Assembly (NCBI RefSeq): GCF_006345805.1
Contig: NC_043006.1
Span: 69,440,001 to 69,504,000, forward strand
Reading direction: 5' to 3'
From: Octopus sinensis
Lineage: Eukaryota
DNA length: 64,000 bases
Part shown: in pieces, positions 14,244-27,260 of the stretch
Layout: each line of letters starts with the position of its first letter
Numbering within the stretch: position 1 is the first letter of the stretch
Notes under the pieces: generated by a model
Database searches by the model: none
Seen by the model: the letters and a program-made list of their open reading frames with translations, nothing else
Told to the model about the DNA's origin: nothing
Made by a program: the position numbers and the translations under genes

Positions 14244-14605
14244 CTACTGGTAGCAAAATGTCTCAAATTTGGGGAAGGGATTAAGTCGATTACATCGACC
14301 CCCAGAGTGAAACTGGTACTTATTTAATCGACCCCGAAAGGATGAAAGGCAAAGTCGACCTCGGCGGAATTTGAACTCAGAACGTGAAGACGGACGAAAT
14401 AACGCAAAGCAATTTGCCCAGCGTGCTAACGATTCTGCCTGCTCGCCTTAATAATAATAATAATAATAATAATTTCGTAATGTAGGCACAAGACCAGACA
14501 TCTTGTAGACAGAAGTATACTCGGCCAGATTAACCCCAGTACTTGACTGGTACTTATTTTATTGACCCCGGAAGAGTAAAAGGCAAAGTCGGCCTCAATG
14601 AGCTG
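13395..14605 (-). mobile_element. Head-to-tail chain of five SINE family A copies separated by (AAT)n
   Basis: Copies at about 13395-13527, 13560-13775, 13991-14205, 14240-14449 and 14480-14605, all in the same orientation. Confidence 0.85.
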
Positions 14606-15978
14606 TCAATTCACGATCGTACATCAAAGTTTCCTCAATTACTCTTGACACTCCAAAACCACTTCAATAATAATAATAACAATAATACTTACTATAAGAA
14701 GTATTCTATAAAAAAAAAGTGTAATTTAGACGACGCCATTAGGAGAAATGAAAGCATCAATTAGGTTATAATTGAGGTTATTGCGATTTTTAAAGTTTTT
14801 CTTATGATAATTACTGATATAATTACTTTTGTTGTTGTATTTTTTATTGTACTTTTTGATGTTGTTGAATTTCGTACGTTTATTTCTTAGCTTGAATTTT
14901 TAAGTATTCTCGTCGTTTAAAAGTGTTGGGTCAATTTATGTATGTGTGTATGTGTGTGTGAATACGTATTTGTGAGTGGGTGTAAGTATGGTTATGGATG
15001 TATGTAAGTGTGTATATAAATATGCTTATACATATATGATATAGATATGCATGTGTGTGTGTGTGTGTATGAATATATGCGTATACATATATGATATGGA
15101 TATACATATATATGCCAGTATATATATATTTACATGTGTGTGTGAGTGTGTATGAATGTAATATGTATGTGTAAGAACACCTGGATTTGTGAGAAGCTAT
15201 ACAGCAATAACAACCATGAACCAAGCAATAACAACAATTTCAACAATAAAAAAAAAACAAATAGAAGTTTAATAAATAAATGAAAAAAAACATGATTTTC
15301 TTGAGTTTACGAAACACAGAGGGAAATGTATTCAACTGAAAATAGAAACCTAGAACTTATCTCCACTGATCCAGGCCTTTGTGCTTTATACTGCACCTCT
15401 GGTATCTAGATATATATATTCTAGATTCATTTCTTTGAAGAAACTTCAGATTAATATTTGCGACTAGAGTGAAGGTCATATTATATATATACACACACAC
15501 GTATATGCGTGAGTAGTTGTAGAGAAGCGTTAGTATCAGGTATTTTTCAATTATCAGTCAAAACATCTCAACGTAGCATTTCGAATTTCTGCTTTCACAT
15601 TTTATGTGTTGTGAATATATTCATATTTCCGGTTCTAACTTCCGGCTGAATTTGAGAGATATATAACATTAAATATAGCAGCCATATTGAATCTTTATCT
15701 ATACACTTATTTTCTTTCATTCTTATTTTGCTTATGAAAAATATATAATTTCTTTATTTTATAACATTTTTAGAAACTAGTTTGATGAAACATAAGACAA
15801 ATGGCAGTGTAAAAGAGGAAGTTGTGATGTTTATGATTTCTCAATAATTGATGTAGTCCCGACAGTTAGTTTTCGAGTAATCCAGTTAAATTTATTCTAC
15901 AGAAGCCGAATAGAATAACAGAAAAATATTAAGACCAACTGAAGAGATAAAATAAAAAACAAGATCTCAAAGAAAAAA

Positions 15979-16170
15979 TGGCACGAGACCAGCAGTTTTC
16001 GATAGAAGAGAGAAATCGATTGCATCGACACCCAGGTACTTATTTTATTGACCCCGAAGGATAAAAAACAATGTCGATCTCAGCGGATTTGGAACTCCGA
16101 ACGTAAAGACATGCGAATGCAGCCAAGCATTTTCTTCGCCATGCTAACCGTTCTGTCAGCTCACCGTCTT
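15979..16170 (-). mobile_element. SINE family A, diverged
   Basis: ATCGACACCCAGGTACT...GACCCCGAAGGAT...TGTCAGCTCACCGTCTT on the + strand. Confidence 0.8.
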
Positions 16171-16833
16171 AATAATAATGATAATAATAATAACAATAAT
16201 GTAGTGATTTCTGTTATAAAACGATAAAAACAATAATAACAAAAATAAAGAAAGAAAAATAAAGAAAAAATAAACATAAACAACAGAAAGGTTTAAACTC
16301 TTTATTATAGTAATGATTAGAAATAAAAATAATGAGTAGTAGTAATAGTAGTAGAATTGGTGGCGGTGGAAATATTACTAGTAGTGGTTGTGCTAGTGAA
16401 AGTAGCATTTGTAACATTAGTTCTCTCAGTGGTCGTAATTCAGTGCGCATATATATATATATAATATAAGACTGTATGCGTGCTCATATGAGGAAAAACA
16501 TATTCGGTCAATAAAATATGCCTAAATACCTAACTTCTAGTATGTATACGAACCACATACCCTAATCTTTAATTTCGTCAGTATTTCTAATTATGTATGC
16601 TGTCAAATGGCTTGGTAAATTTAACAGCAAATCACAGAGATGGCATTAAAGTTGTAGGAACACGGCCACCTTTTTAAACAAACTGCCTATATTAAATCTT
16701 TAAATGGAACAGAGAAACCATTTCTGGAAATTTAATGAAGTCTGCAAACGATAATAATGACCAAAAAATATCTCGTCTGATACGACGTCACCGCAACAGA
16801 CATACTTACATACGCTTTGACTGCACATGCATT

Positions 16834-16879
<46 letters not shown>

Positions 16880-17627
16880 TATACATTATATAACCGGAGG
16901 AAATGGTTTCAACTGGAACCCATAATCTACAGTTTGAATAAAGGAAATGATATATGTAATATCACCACAAGCATCTGGTTATGTTGTTGTTGTTTTAACT
17001 GAACTTAAATCGATGAAATGGTGACTTAACTTGCGAAACCAATTATGCTTGACATTATAATTAGTGCTTATAATTAGTACTTTCAGATAAATACGACATA
17101 TCATGTGAAATGACTGCACACTAAAGTTAAGTATTTTAAGAGCGCTAACTAAATGAAACAAAATGGCTACTGCCTTGCATAATGCATGATTTGTGCAGCA
17201 TATGGTTATATAACATCAATATGCATGTCTGTAAAAAGACTATAGCAAGACAGCTTTCGTTTCAAAGTCTATGCTATATAATTTAAGTCTACAATTTTAC
17301 TATTGTTTACCTCATGTTCAACAAGTATATACACGTATTTGTTCTCCTTTCATCTCACGGAGATAAACGGACGAGATCTACAATATGTTTCCAAATCAGT
17401 TATATCTGTCTATCTGTTGACTGTCTGTCTAGTTGCAGTTTGCGAATGAGATATTCCATTTAATGTCTCTACGTATGTCAATCTATCTATTATATATGTA
17501 TTATTTTGTATATATTATTTTATATATATTACAACTTCACTGCTTCTCCTATCCCTTACACGTAAAAGTAGAACATATATATTATACACACATGTTTCAT
17601 ATACACGCAGATTTGAATATATATATA

Positions 17628-17658
<31 letters not shown>

Positions 17659-18117
17659 ACCAGATTTCGTAGAATAAAGAACTGGGAAAGCTATTGTACA
17701 AATCATATAAAATAATAAATGATTTCTCATGTTTCAAAATTTAAAAAATTAGTAAATTTTAAAATGACAAAGGAACGACAGCTATAAAAATAAAGCAACA
17801 TAAGAAAGGCATGTCTTATAAAAAAAATCAGATGAATCAGACAAACCCCTGTATGACAAAAATCTCCCACTAACCTTTGTTCAGTATACATGTCCGACAA
17901 ATTTACTGTATGAATCAGTGAAACTTAAAATATATATAAGAAAGTATTTTGTGGCGCCTGTTTGACAAAATCATACGAATTTCCTCATAGCAATATTATT
18001 GTAGATTTATAAACCAATATTATTTCTGATTATTTCTAGCGTCTGTTTTTTTGAAATACACGTCGGCGCTTATTTAACAAGCTTATGTTTGAAAAAAAAA
18101 TCGTTATCAATTAGAAG

Positions 18118-18162
<45 letters not shown>

Positions 18163-20514
18163 ATTATATTTAAATGATATTACATAGAAATTACTCTTCA
18201 GAAAAAAATCATCTATTTGACAATTTCTTGTTGCCATCTGCTCGCCCAAAATATGCCCGCCACATAATGAAAAGATTACCATAATTCAAAATGTCAGCAT
18301 TTGTTTGTATGAAATAACCCATGAATATTTCACAATCAATTCTCTATCTCCATGACAAAGATATTTTACTGAATGTTGAATCACTATATGCATTTGTTTC
18401 ATTTGAACGGCAACCAAAAATGGTTTAATTGTTCTGTGAAAGAAACTGCATGTATTTGTTGGCAAATGATAGGTGTATTAATAGATTATTTTTCAAATAT
18501 AATCCTCATAAGATTTATCAAACTATTTTTGATATAAAGTGAGAGATATTTTAATGAGCATAATTTGCTAAATACATTCCCATTCGAATTGATTTGAGGA
18601 AAAAAATACCTGCTGAGATTTAGCACAAACGCATGTGTTGCGGCGTTCATATGGCAAAAATGTCCTTATGGTCTGATAGACGCAAGAAATATATATATAA
18701 TCTTTCTGAGACAAAATTGTCGATTCTGTGCATAACATTATCAAGGTTTCTTTTTATATACAACAAAATGTTTTTTTTAAAAACAAGAAAAAAAAACACA
18801 GAAATTAAAATATTATATGAAAAAAATTCAGAGAATCATGCATAAAATTTCACCAGAATAAAATACACTTGTTCAATTTTCTGCGATACTTTAAATGGAA
18901 TTATTATGTAAAATAAAAGGAAAGAAAACCACAAAAGAATAGAAATGATGAAGACAAAAGAAAAATTGAGAATCAACTTAAGAGTTTCCAGTATGGCGGA
19001 TATGAAGTGAAATCAAAGACGATGGCCTATTTGCAGCATGCATATGGCTGTATATATATATATAACATACATATATTATACAAGCGTTATATATATATAT
19101 ATACACATACATACATATATTATACAAGCGTAATACATATATATATATATATATATATATACAGATATGATATATATATACAGATATGATATATATATAT
19201 ATATCCATATATATATATATATAAACACATGCTCACTGGATTTACAATTACATACATCCCAGGTCAGAGAATACTCCATGCATGTAGCTATATACAACAT
19301 ATGTACGCACTACTCTCATATTTATACGCCAAAAAACAGTTACATACGAATATATATACATAGACTCACACGCAAAGACAAACACACACACACAAACAAG
19401 CATATATCTGTGATTGCATGCATCTACATATACGTGTGTGTGTGTGTGTATGTGTGTGTAGTGCGTTTATTTACACATGCATATATATACATATGCATAT
19501 ATATATACATGCATACATATGCATGTATATAAATGCATATATGATATATACATGTACCGAGAAACACGCAAGCACACACGTATATATTACACATTAACAT
19601 ATATGTATATATAGTTTTCTTTTATACATATACATGCATACATATACATATGTGTGAATGTGACGCGGTGCGTGTGTAGGTGTGCGTATGTATGTTTATG
19701 TGTGTGAATATACACAAAATTAGATTCGATAAAAACCCATCAGACGCGGTATGGCAGTGAAAAATCGAATTTGGCACTCTAGAATTGTCACGTGATTGAG
19801 GATTGCCACGTGATTTTACGTAAACATTGTTTTGCCTCCACACACTAGCTCACATATAGACTAGTGTTCATTCACTCCCACTTACATACACCAAAGCACG
19901 AACACACACGCGCATTCACATATATACACATGACGATATATGTACTGCACACCCATATATAATATGATGATATGCAAGGCCAAACCAACATACACATTGC
20001 ATGCTCCAAAATTAGACGTATACATTCAGAAACTAACGTACATACATGTAGGAAAATGTAGAGTTGCATTTTTCTGTATGCATTTATTATATGTAGCTAT
20101 ATCATTTCGGTTTAGTATACCTTGTTTCTCTGAATACGTGTGTGATTCTGCTTCTATGTATATATATATATGAAATATATATAAGTATATGCTTAATTTT
20201 TTGCCTGTATGTAACTATACAAGTGTGTATGAAAATACATATGTATGAAAACACATGTACGACCATATGCCTGTGTGTGTGCTTCTGTAATCCTATATAA
20301 AATCATATTTAATGCTACATGAACATTTAAAAACAAATTTGCAAGTAAATAAAGCATCTATATCTTATCATATACATATATTTATGTATGGATGTATACA
20401 GCTATTCAGGAGACAGTTTACAGAATTTTTGTTTTTGCTTTACAATATGGAAGATATTTTCAAGTGTTCAGAATGCTCACACAAACAGTATATCGCTCAC
20501 TAAACTATCTCGAA

Positions 20515-20550
<36 letters not shown>

Positions 20551-21115
20551 CCTTTCTACTAAAGGCACAAGGCCTAAAATTTGGGAGAGGAGTAAGTCGA
20601 TTACATCGACTCCAGTACTCAACTGATACTTCATTTATCGACCCCAAAAAGATGAAAGGCAAAGTAGACATCGGCGGAATTTGAACTCAGAACATATAGA
20701 CGGACGAAATACTGCTAAGCATTTCGCCCGGCGTGCTAACGATTCTGCCAGCTCGGCGCCTTAATAATATAATAAAATCTGTTATTGGAGTTATGAGGCC
20801 AGTTCTTGCAAGTCTGATCGTGTGCCTTGCCGAAGAACATATCTTAAATTAGTAAATACCAGCATTGTGACTAAAATGTCTTGAATTTGAACTTAATTTC
20901 AATAAACAGAGAAGGTTCTCATTATAGTAATAAATTTTAACATAGGCACAAAGCTACAAATTTAACGAGGGGTATCAGTCGAACATACAGACCTCCCACT
21001 GCATCACTGGTACTTTATTTAATCGTTCCCAGAAGTATAAAATGTGAACTTAACCTCGGCAGAGTCAGAGAACGTGAAGAACCGAAACAATTACAAGGCA
21101 TTTTGTATAATAATA

Positions 21116-21146
<31 letters not shown>

Positions 21147-21420
21147 TGATAATAATAATAATAATAAAAATAATAATAATAATAAATTATATCTAATATA
21201 GGCACAAATACACACCTTTGTTTGGGGAAATTTATTGGTGATCAAACGACCCCCGTACTTTACTGGTACTTATATAGTAAACCGCCGCAAAGGAATGAAA
21301 GGCAAAGAAAAACATGGCGGCTATTTGGATTCAAACTGTAAAGAAACACAACCAAATATTTTTTTCAAAAATCAAAACATACAGTTCATTGGCACCACCA
21401 TTTCTGCGACTCACCGCCTT
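20551..21420 (-). mobile_element. Three SINE family A copies (20551-20762 well preserved; ~20940-21105 and ~21195-21420 decayed)
   Basis: Family A motifs embedded in (AAT)n tracts. Confidence 0.8.
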
Positions 21421-21771
21421 TTCATATAATAATAATAATAATAATAAACCAATAAATTTTAAATCGGTATTCAAATATAATTTCACTCTTCGAGATTTAC
21501 TCACATAATTATCATTGTCATGATGATTAGAATTATTATTATAATTATTATTATCATTATTATTATCATCGTCATCAACATCATCGTATTAATCATTCTC
21601 ATCACACTTCTCTTTCCGTTATATTTTATTCAATGGAATATTTTTCAATATTGAAACGGTTTCTTCAAATCCTGTCTGTCGTAATACATTCGCATTTGTA
21701 ACGAATTATTTGCTGCACTATGTAAGAGTGTTAAGTATACATACATACGTACATACATATATACATATACG

Positions 21772-21807
<36 letters not shown>

Positions 21808-22370
21808 ATAAATATATATGAGTGTGTGTGTGTGCATGTAGGTATGTGTGTGTGTATGTGTGCTTTCTCTGATATTTTCTATGTTGGTTGAGTATTCTCG
21901 TTCGACATTTACTTGGTGAGAGGGGGAGGGGAGTGATACAAATAGTAAGAGTCTGAGAAATTTCAGTTAGAACGATCGTGAGTTTAATATGTTCCTCTAT
22001 TTTTTTTTGTTAGTTCTTTTATATATATATATATATATTATATATATTATATATATATTATATATATTATATATATATATATATGTTATATATATATATA
22101 TAATATATATATATGTTATATATATATTATATATATATATATATGTTATATATATATTATATATATATATATGTTATATATATATTATATATATATATAT
22201 GTTTTACTTTTTCTGTTTATATTTTTTTCTATTTTCATTTTATGTTTAAAGTACTTTTCAGCATAGTGATAATGTATGACCTTGTGCGTGCGTGTGCGTG
22301 CGTGCGTCCACGTATTTGCCACTGAATGTTTATGCATGTACGCGCGTTGATGCAATCATTTGTGTATGTC

Positions 22371-22409
<39 letters not shown>

Positions 22410-22546
22410 ATGTGTTTGTATGCGTATTGGTATACTAATGTGCGCATGGCAGTGTATGTGTATGCGTGTGTGTGTGTGTGTCTAAGTGTATGAACGTGTG
22501 TGTATATGTATGTGTATATATTTATGCATATATGATAGGAATGTCT

Positions 22547-22733
22547 CTACACTGCTGTGATAGCTGCACTGTCCGTGCCATTTGGTTTCTTGTCGTCTAT
22601 CCCAGTGAAAGGGGTCAGTGCTCCCTCTTCACCTTCCTTCTCTGCTACCGCCAACTCCTGTTTGGACAAATGGTAGACAATTCCTGCGCCCAAACTGTCA
22701 CCTTCGACATTGATCATGGTACGGAATCGATCT
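22547..22733 (-). CDS. SLC1A: EAAT last coding exon: DRFRTMINVEGDSLGAGIVYHLSKQELAVAEKEGEEGALTPFTGIDDKKPNGTDSAAITAV*
   Basis: Acceptor TTTCTTTTCTATTGCAG|A completes the Leu codon TT|A. The exon has the TM8 motif and a TAG stop at 22549-22547. Confidence 0.96.
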
Positions 22734-22790
22734 CTGCAATAGAAAAGAAATACAAGACACATGAATGGGAGAAGACGAAGACACACGAGG

Positions 22791-22824
<34 letters not shown>

Positions 22825-22847
22825 TACATAGACAGACTGACAGATAG

Positions 22848-22896
<49 letters not shown>

Positions 22897-23651
22897 AAAT
22901 GTGGGCTGAGAGGTGGTGTCTGACATATAGGAACTGATGATTGTGAACAGAAAATGACAGCAGGGCAACGGAGTGAATCGAAGTCTAAAGTACGTATGAA
23001 ATATTGGACAGAAAATTGAGACACATTTGAAAGTTAAAGTGTGTAAAATGAATGTAGAGTGAGATGAGGTTGAAAAGCGAAGGTGAGTTTAGTTTTCGTG
23101 TCAGAAAAATGAGAATTGATTTCTTGGGGCAAGGCATACTGTCGGCCGTTTTTTTGGTTTTTACAGAAGAATGCGTTTTGCAATTTCTTTTCTTTAGTGT
23201 CACAATGCTTTCAGAAAGGCCTGATAGATTTTTTCTTGGCCCCATCATTTAGCTGCAGTAAAGAAGTAAGGAGAGCTATAACGGCAGAATTTGGTGTTTT
23301 GTCATGCCACATATTGAGACCACTACTACTATTGTGTAAATATAGATATATAAGAGAGAAAGAGAGGAAGAGAGACAAAGACAGAGAGAGAGAGACAGAC
23401 AGACAGACAGTCAGGCAGACAGAGAGCAGAAAATATTGAAGAATTAGAATATTCTTATTGTGAATGTCTGCAAATCGCTGCTCAAAAAAGTTTTCTAATA
23501 AAAATGATCTTCAAGCGAACACTTAAATATAAAAACAGGCTGTTTTGTGTGTAAAAGAGATGTTTAAAATTTCCATTATCTCCATATGTTCCTTATTTTT
23601 TCTTCTTCGTCTTTTCAATACATTTATACACACGCACGCGCTCAGACGTGT

Positions 23652-23726
<75 letters not shown>

Positions 23727-23810
23727 AAGCAGATAACTGTCTGCCTGCCTCTCAGTTTCACACAATGGGAGAAGAGAAGAATGATTACAGTATCACAATA
23801 TAGATATATA

Positions 23811-24012
23811 TTCTTTCCTATTCTTGGCATGAAGCCCGAAATTTTTGGTGGAGGGGACCAGTCGATTAGATCAAGCCCACTACGCAATTGGTACTTAATT
23901 CATCGACCCCGAAAGGATGAAAGCCAAAGTCGACCTCGGCGGAAAGAACGTAAAGACAGACGAAATATTGCTAAGCATTTCGCCCGGCGTGCTAACGTTT
24001 CTGCCAGCCCTT
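23811..24012 (-). mobile_element. SINE family A
   Basis: Near-consensus ATCGACCCCGAAAGGATGAAAGCCAAAGTCGACCTCGGCGGA with a small deletion over the B box. Confidence 0.88.
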
Positions 24013-24109
24013 AATATATAGATAAATGTTGGTAATTATAAATAAGCATTGCGCGCGTGTAACGTTCCTTGCTTTGGGTAAAAGAAAATACAGGAGGATC
24101 AGTTAATTA

Positions 24110-24350
24110 TAATTTTATCCATCATATCCACGAGGTTCTGCTGGATAAATATGGAATCGACGTGAATAAAGGACTCCAAAAGCGTAAGGGATGCTGCTTG
24201 TAGTGGGGAAGGCAGCTCATTTCCATTTTTCATTTCATATTATCATTTTATAATTTTATTTGTAATTTTATTTTATGTTTTGTGTTATATGTCCCCACAT
24301 GTCTTTGTGTTGTCCCATCTATATTGGCCCCTTGTAGGCAATAAAAAAAT
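24110..24350 (+). mobile_element. Probable 3' terminus of a LINE-like element
   Basis: A decayed complex sequence is followed by a T-rich UTR and GGCCCCTTGTAGGCAATAAAAAAA (polyA signal plus A-tail). The tail resembles the linker of the dimeric SINEs. Confidence 0.45.
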
Positions 24351-24941
24351 TCATCCCTCTCTCATAACACAGGAGAAAAGAGAAAAAAGGACAACACAGC
24401 AAAAGTGAAGTTTATGCTATGAAGTTCATTTCCTTACAGCTGTTTCTGTGTCTTCATCGGTGCAAGGAATATGAAGTGCAATTTATTTGGGAAAAAATTA
24501 TACGGTTTGACTGCGTTAAGTAGTGACGTGTTTAAATACAAACTAGTTTCCAGTTCGAATATGCTTCACCCACATTCGAACCCGTGCGAAAGCCATTCAC
24601 TGTCATTCTGTCATTTGAGAAATTTTTTCTCGCTGCAGACAAACAAACGTAAAGACACCGAGTCAGCTCACAGCGGCACATTCAACTAATTTTAACTAGA
24701 GATGTATATCCGTAAATATCGAACAATGAGAATGAACGGTCAACATCACATTCACGGATAAAATTTCTTTATTTGTGTATTAAGACTACCATTGGTTTCA
24801 TGATTAGAAAAATATCTTATTTTAACAATTTTCATCTAAAATGGAGATAAACACCATTCCTTCACGAGACCAGATTGAAATATTTTTAAAATATTCTTCT
24901 CAATATGAAACTAATGGTAGCCTTAATACACGAATAAAGCA

Positions 24942-24974
<33 letters not shown>

Positions 24975-24980
24975 ATATAT

Positions 24981-25193
24981 AATATGTGACAATTATTCGG
25001 TTGCCATGATAAAACTCTGAGTTTCGGATGTCGGGGCGGAAACTTGCATCGGCATTTCTTCAGTAACCGAGACAATTAAAATATGCTGCATACTTTAATT
25101 GCCTTGATAACTGAAGAGATGCCGATGCAGGTTTCCGCCCCGACATCCGAAACTTGGAGTTTTATTATGGCAACCGAATAATTGTCACATATT
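24981..25193. mobile_element. Gap-free 213-bp palindrome centred on 25087, built from two inverted hammerhead-bearing units
   Basis: AATATGTGACAATTATTCGGTTGCC at the left end pairs with GGCAACCGAATAATTGTCACATATT at the right end. The symmetric coordinates sum to 2 x 25087. Confidence 0.9.
25099..25173 (+). ncRNA. Candidate type I hammerhead ribozyme
   Basis: Stem I TTGCCTTGATAA/TTATTATGGCAA (11 of 12 pairs including one G.U), CTGAAGA at 25111-25117, an imperfect stem II, GAAA at 25149-25152, stem III ACT-TGG-AGT, and a GUU site with cleavage after 25161. Confidence 0.55.
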
Positions 25194-26877
25194 TTATTAC
25201 AAATAAATTCCTCTATTTACATAATAGCGAGGTCTCTTTCATTCTTTTGTTGTCTTACCATTACTATTAATGTGTGTGTGTGTGTGTGTGTATGTGTGTG
25301 TGTGTGTGTGTGTAGAAAAAGGAGGCAGTCAGAAATTTGGATAATTCATTATTAGCGCTTTCGTTCGTTTAACCGATCGCTTCAAGAAAATAAAGCCAAA
25401 AAAATTTTGGTTTTCAAATTTTTCTCTTGAAGTGTTCGATTAGCCAACGAAAGCATTATTATAAAGAATTGTCCAAAATTCTGACTGCCTCCGTTTTCTC
25501 AATATCTGTACACCACTTCTACATACAAATATCTCTACACCAGTTCAAACATCCTACTCACACACACACACACACACACACATACACATATAATCATGGT
25601 TGTATATGTGTATTCATATATTTTTACACCTATTTTACCCCAATTCAACTCTTTCTAGAAAGTCAGCGCAGTGGATAAGTTCTGTTTAACTACACAACAT
25701 AAAATATATACCACTTCTAATAACTTCAAATTGAAAAATTTCTTCTTCAGTTGTTCTAGCCGCAGGAATTTTTGTGTGTGAATATGTATATATATATATA
25801 ATATATATATATATATGCATAAATATGACATGTATGTATGTATGTACGCGTGTATGCCTATTTATCTGGTGTGCACGTTCATACATATGTGTATATATGC
25901 AGGAATGTATATATCGTGTCATGTATGTATGCATCTGTTTATCTATCTACCTATCTATACGGATGTTAGGATGTAAGGCAATGCTTCAATGGACTGATCA
26001 GTCTCAACGTTAATCTTATCTTTAGAAATCGGATTTCTTTCGACATTTACACTGATTGCACCAACATTTCTTTTCCCTTTGGAGTACTCACACACACACA
26101 AAAGTACCTACCTACATACGTAAATGTGTGTGATCGTGCATCTATCTATCTATCTAATATATATATATGTATGTTCAGTAAGAGACAGAAAGAAACAGAG
26201 GGAGAGATGAAGAGAGGTAACAGCTAGCGAATCTGGTCTCATTAGCTAATGGAGATGAGGGATACAGATATCTCTATGGGACCACTCACTGCGATTGGCA
26301 TCACGTGGTGTTTAAAATATCTAAGTATCTTTGCAAACTGCCCAGTACTATATATACATATATATATATGTGTGTGTGTGTGTGTCTATACATGTATGTG
26401 TGTGTCTATACATGTGTGTAATACTGCGAGATAGACAAGGAGAGATAGGTAAAAGAGAGTTCTCTATGAAGGAGATTACACAACACGCGTGCAGTAGCCA
26501 TTTTAATCATGGCATCACCGCATCCAATATCTCGGTATCTTCTCCGCCATATTGCTTTGGGTCTTTTTTTCTTCGTTTAATTCCTGTCTTCGCGCGGCTT
26601 AGAATTGATTTGGGTTTGTTTTACTTGTCTTATTAATTTTCTATTTTATATTCAGTTTTTAGTGCTTTTTTTGTTTGTGATTGATTGCTTATGCTTTTGT
26701 TGGTTTCATGTTGTTTTTGTTTACCATGTGTGTACACACCCAATATGACACACAGCAAACATTTACACAGACACATACACGCACACATATTAATGCATAT
26801 TTTTTTATGTCACGTTACATTTGAAAAACTGAAAGCCTACTTAATGCTTTTTTGTAGAATACATGCTTATTAAATTT

Positions 26878-27260
26878 GTGGCTGTATGGTAAGAAGCTGA
26901 CTTCCCGATTACATGGTTCCGGGTTCAGTCCCACTGCGTGGCACCTTGGGCAAGTGTCTTAACTATAGTCTCGGGTCGGTCAAAGCCTTGTGGGTGGATT
27001 TAGTAGACGGAAACTGAAAGAATCCCGTTGTGTGTGTGTGTGCTTATCTTTGTTTCTGTGTTGGTCCTCCACCACCGCTCGTCAACCGGTGCTGGTGTGT
27101 TTACAACCCCGTAGGTTAGCGGTTCGGCAAAAGAGACCGATAGAATAAGTACCAAGCTTTAAAATTCCTGGCTTGGATACATTCTACTAAAGCGTTTTCA
27201 AGGCGGTGTTCCAGCATGGCTGCAGTCTAATGACTGAAACAAGTAAAAGACTAAAAGAAT
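26878..27260 (+). mobile_element. SINE family B (CORE-like), near full length
   Basis: TGTGGCTGTATGGTAAG (A box), GGTTCAGTCC (B box), GGCACCTTGGGCAAGTGTCTT (CORE-like), and the tail AAGTAAAAGACTAAAAGAAT. Confidence 0.85.

Noticed and set aside
12143-14605. Regularly spaced similar units that superficially resemble a CRISPR array
   Set aside because: The units are ~200-bp SINEs separated by (AAT)n in a eukaryotic context, with no unique spacers or cas genes.
15230-15340. Strong minus-strand acceptor (GTTTCTATTTTCAG) that could start a terminal exon
   Set aside because: Only a few codons follow and nothing links it to a gene; it needs transcript data.
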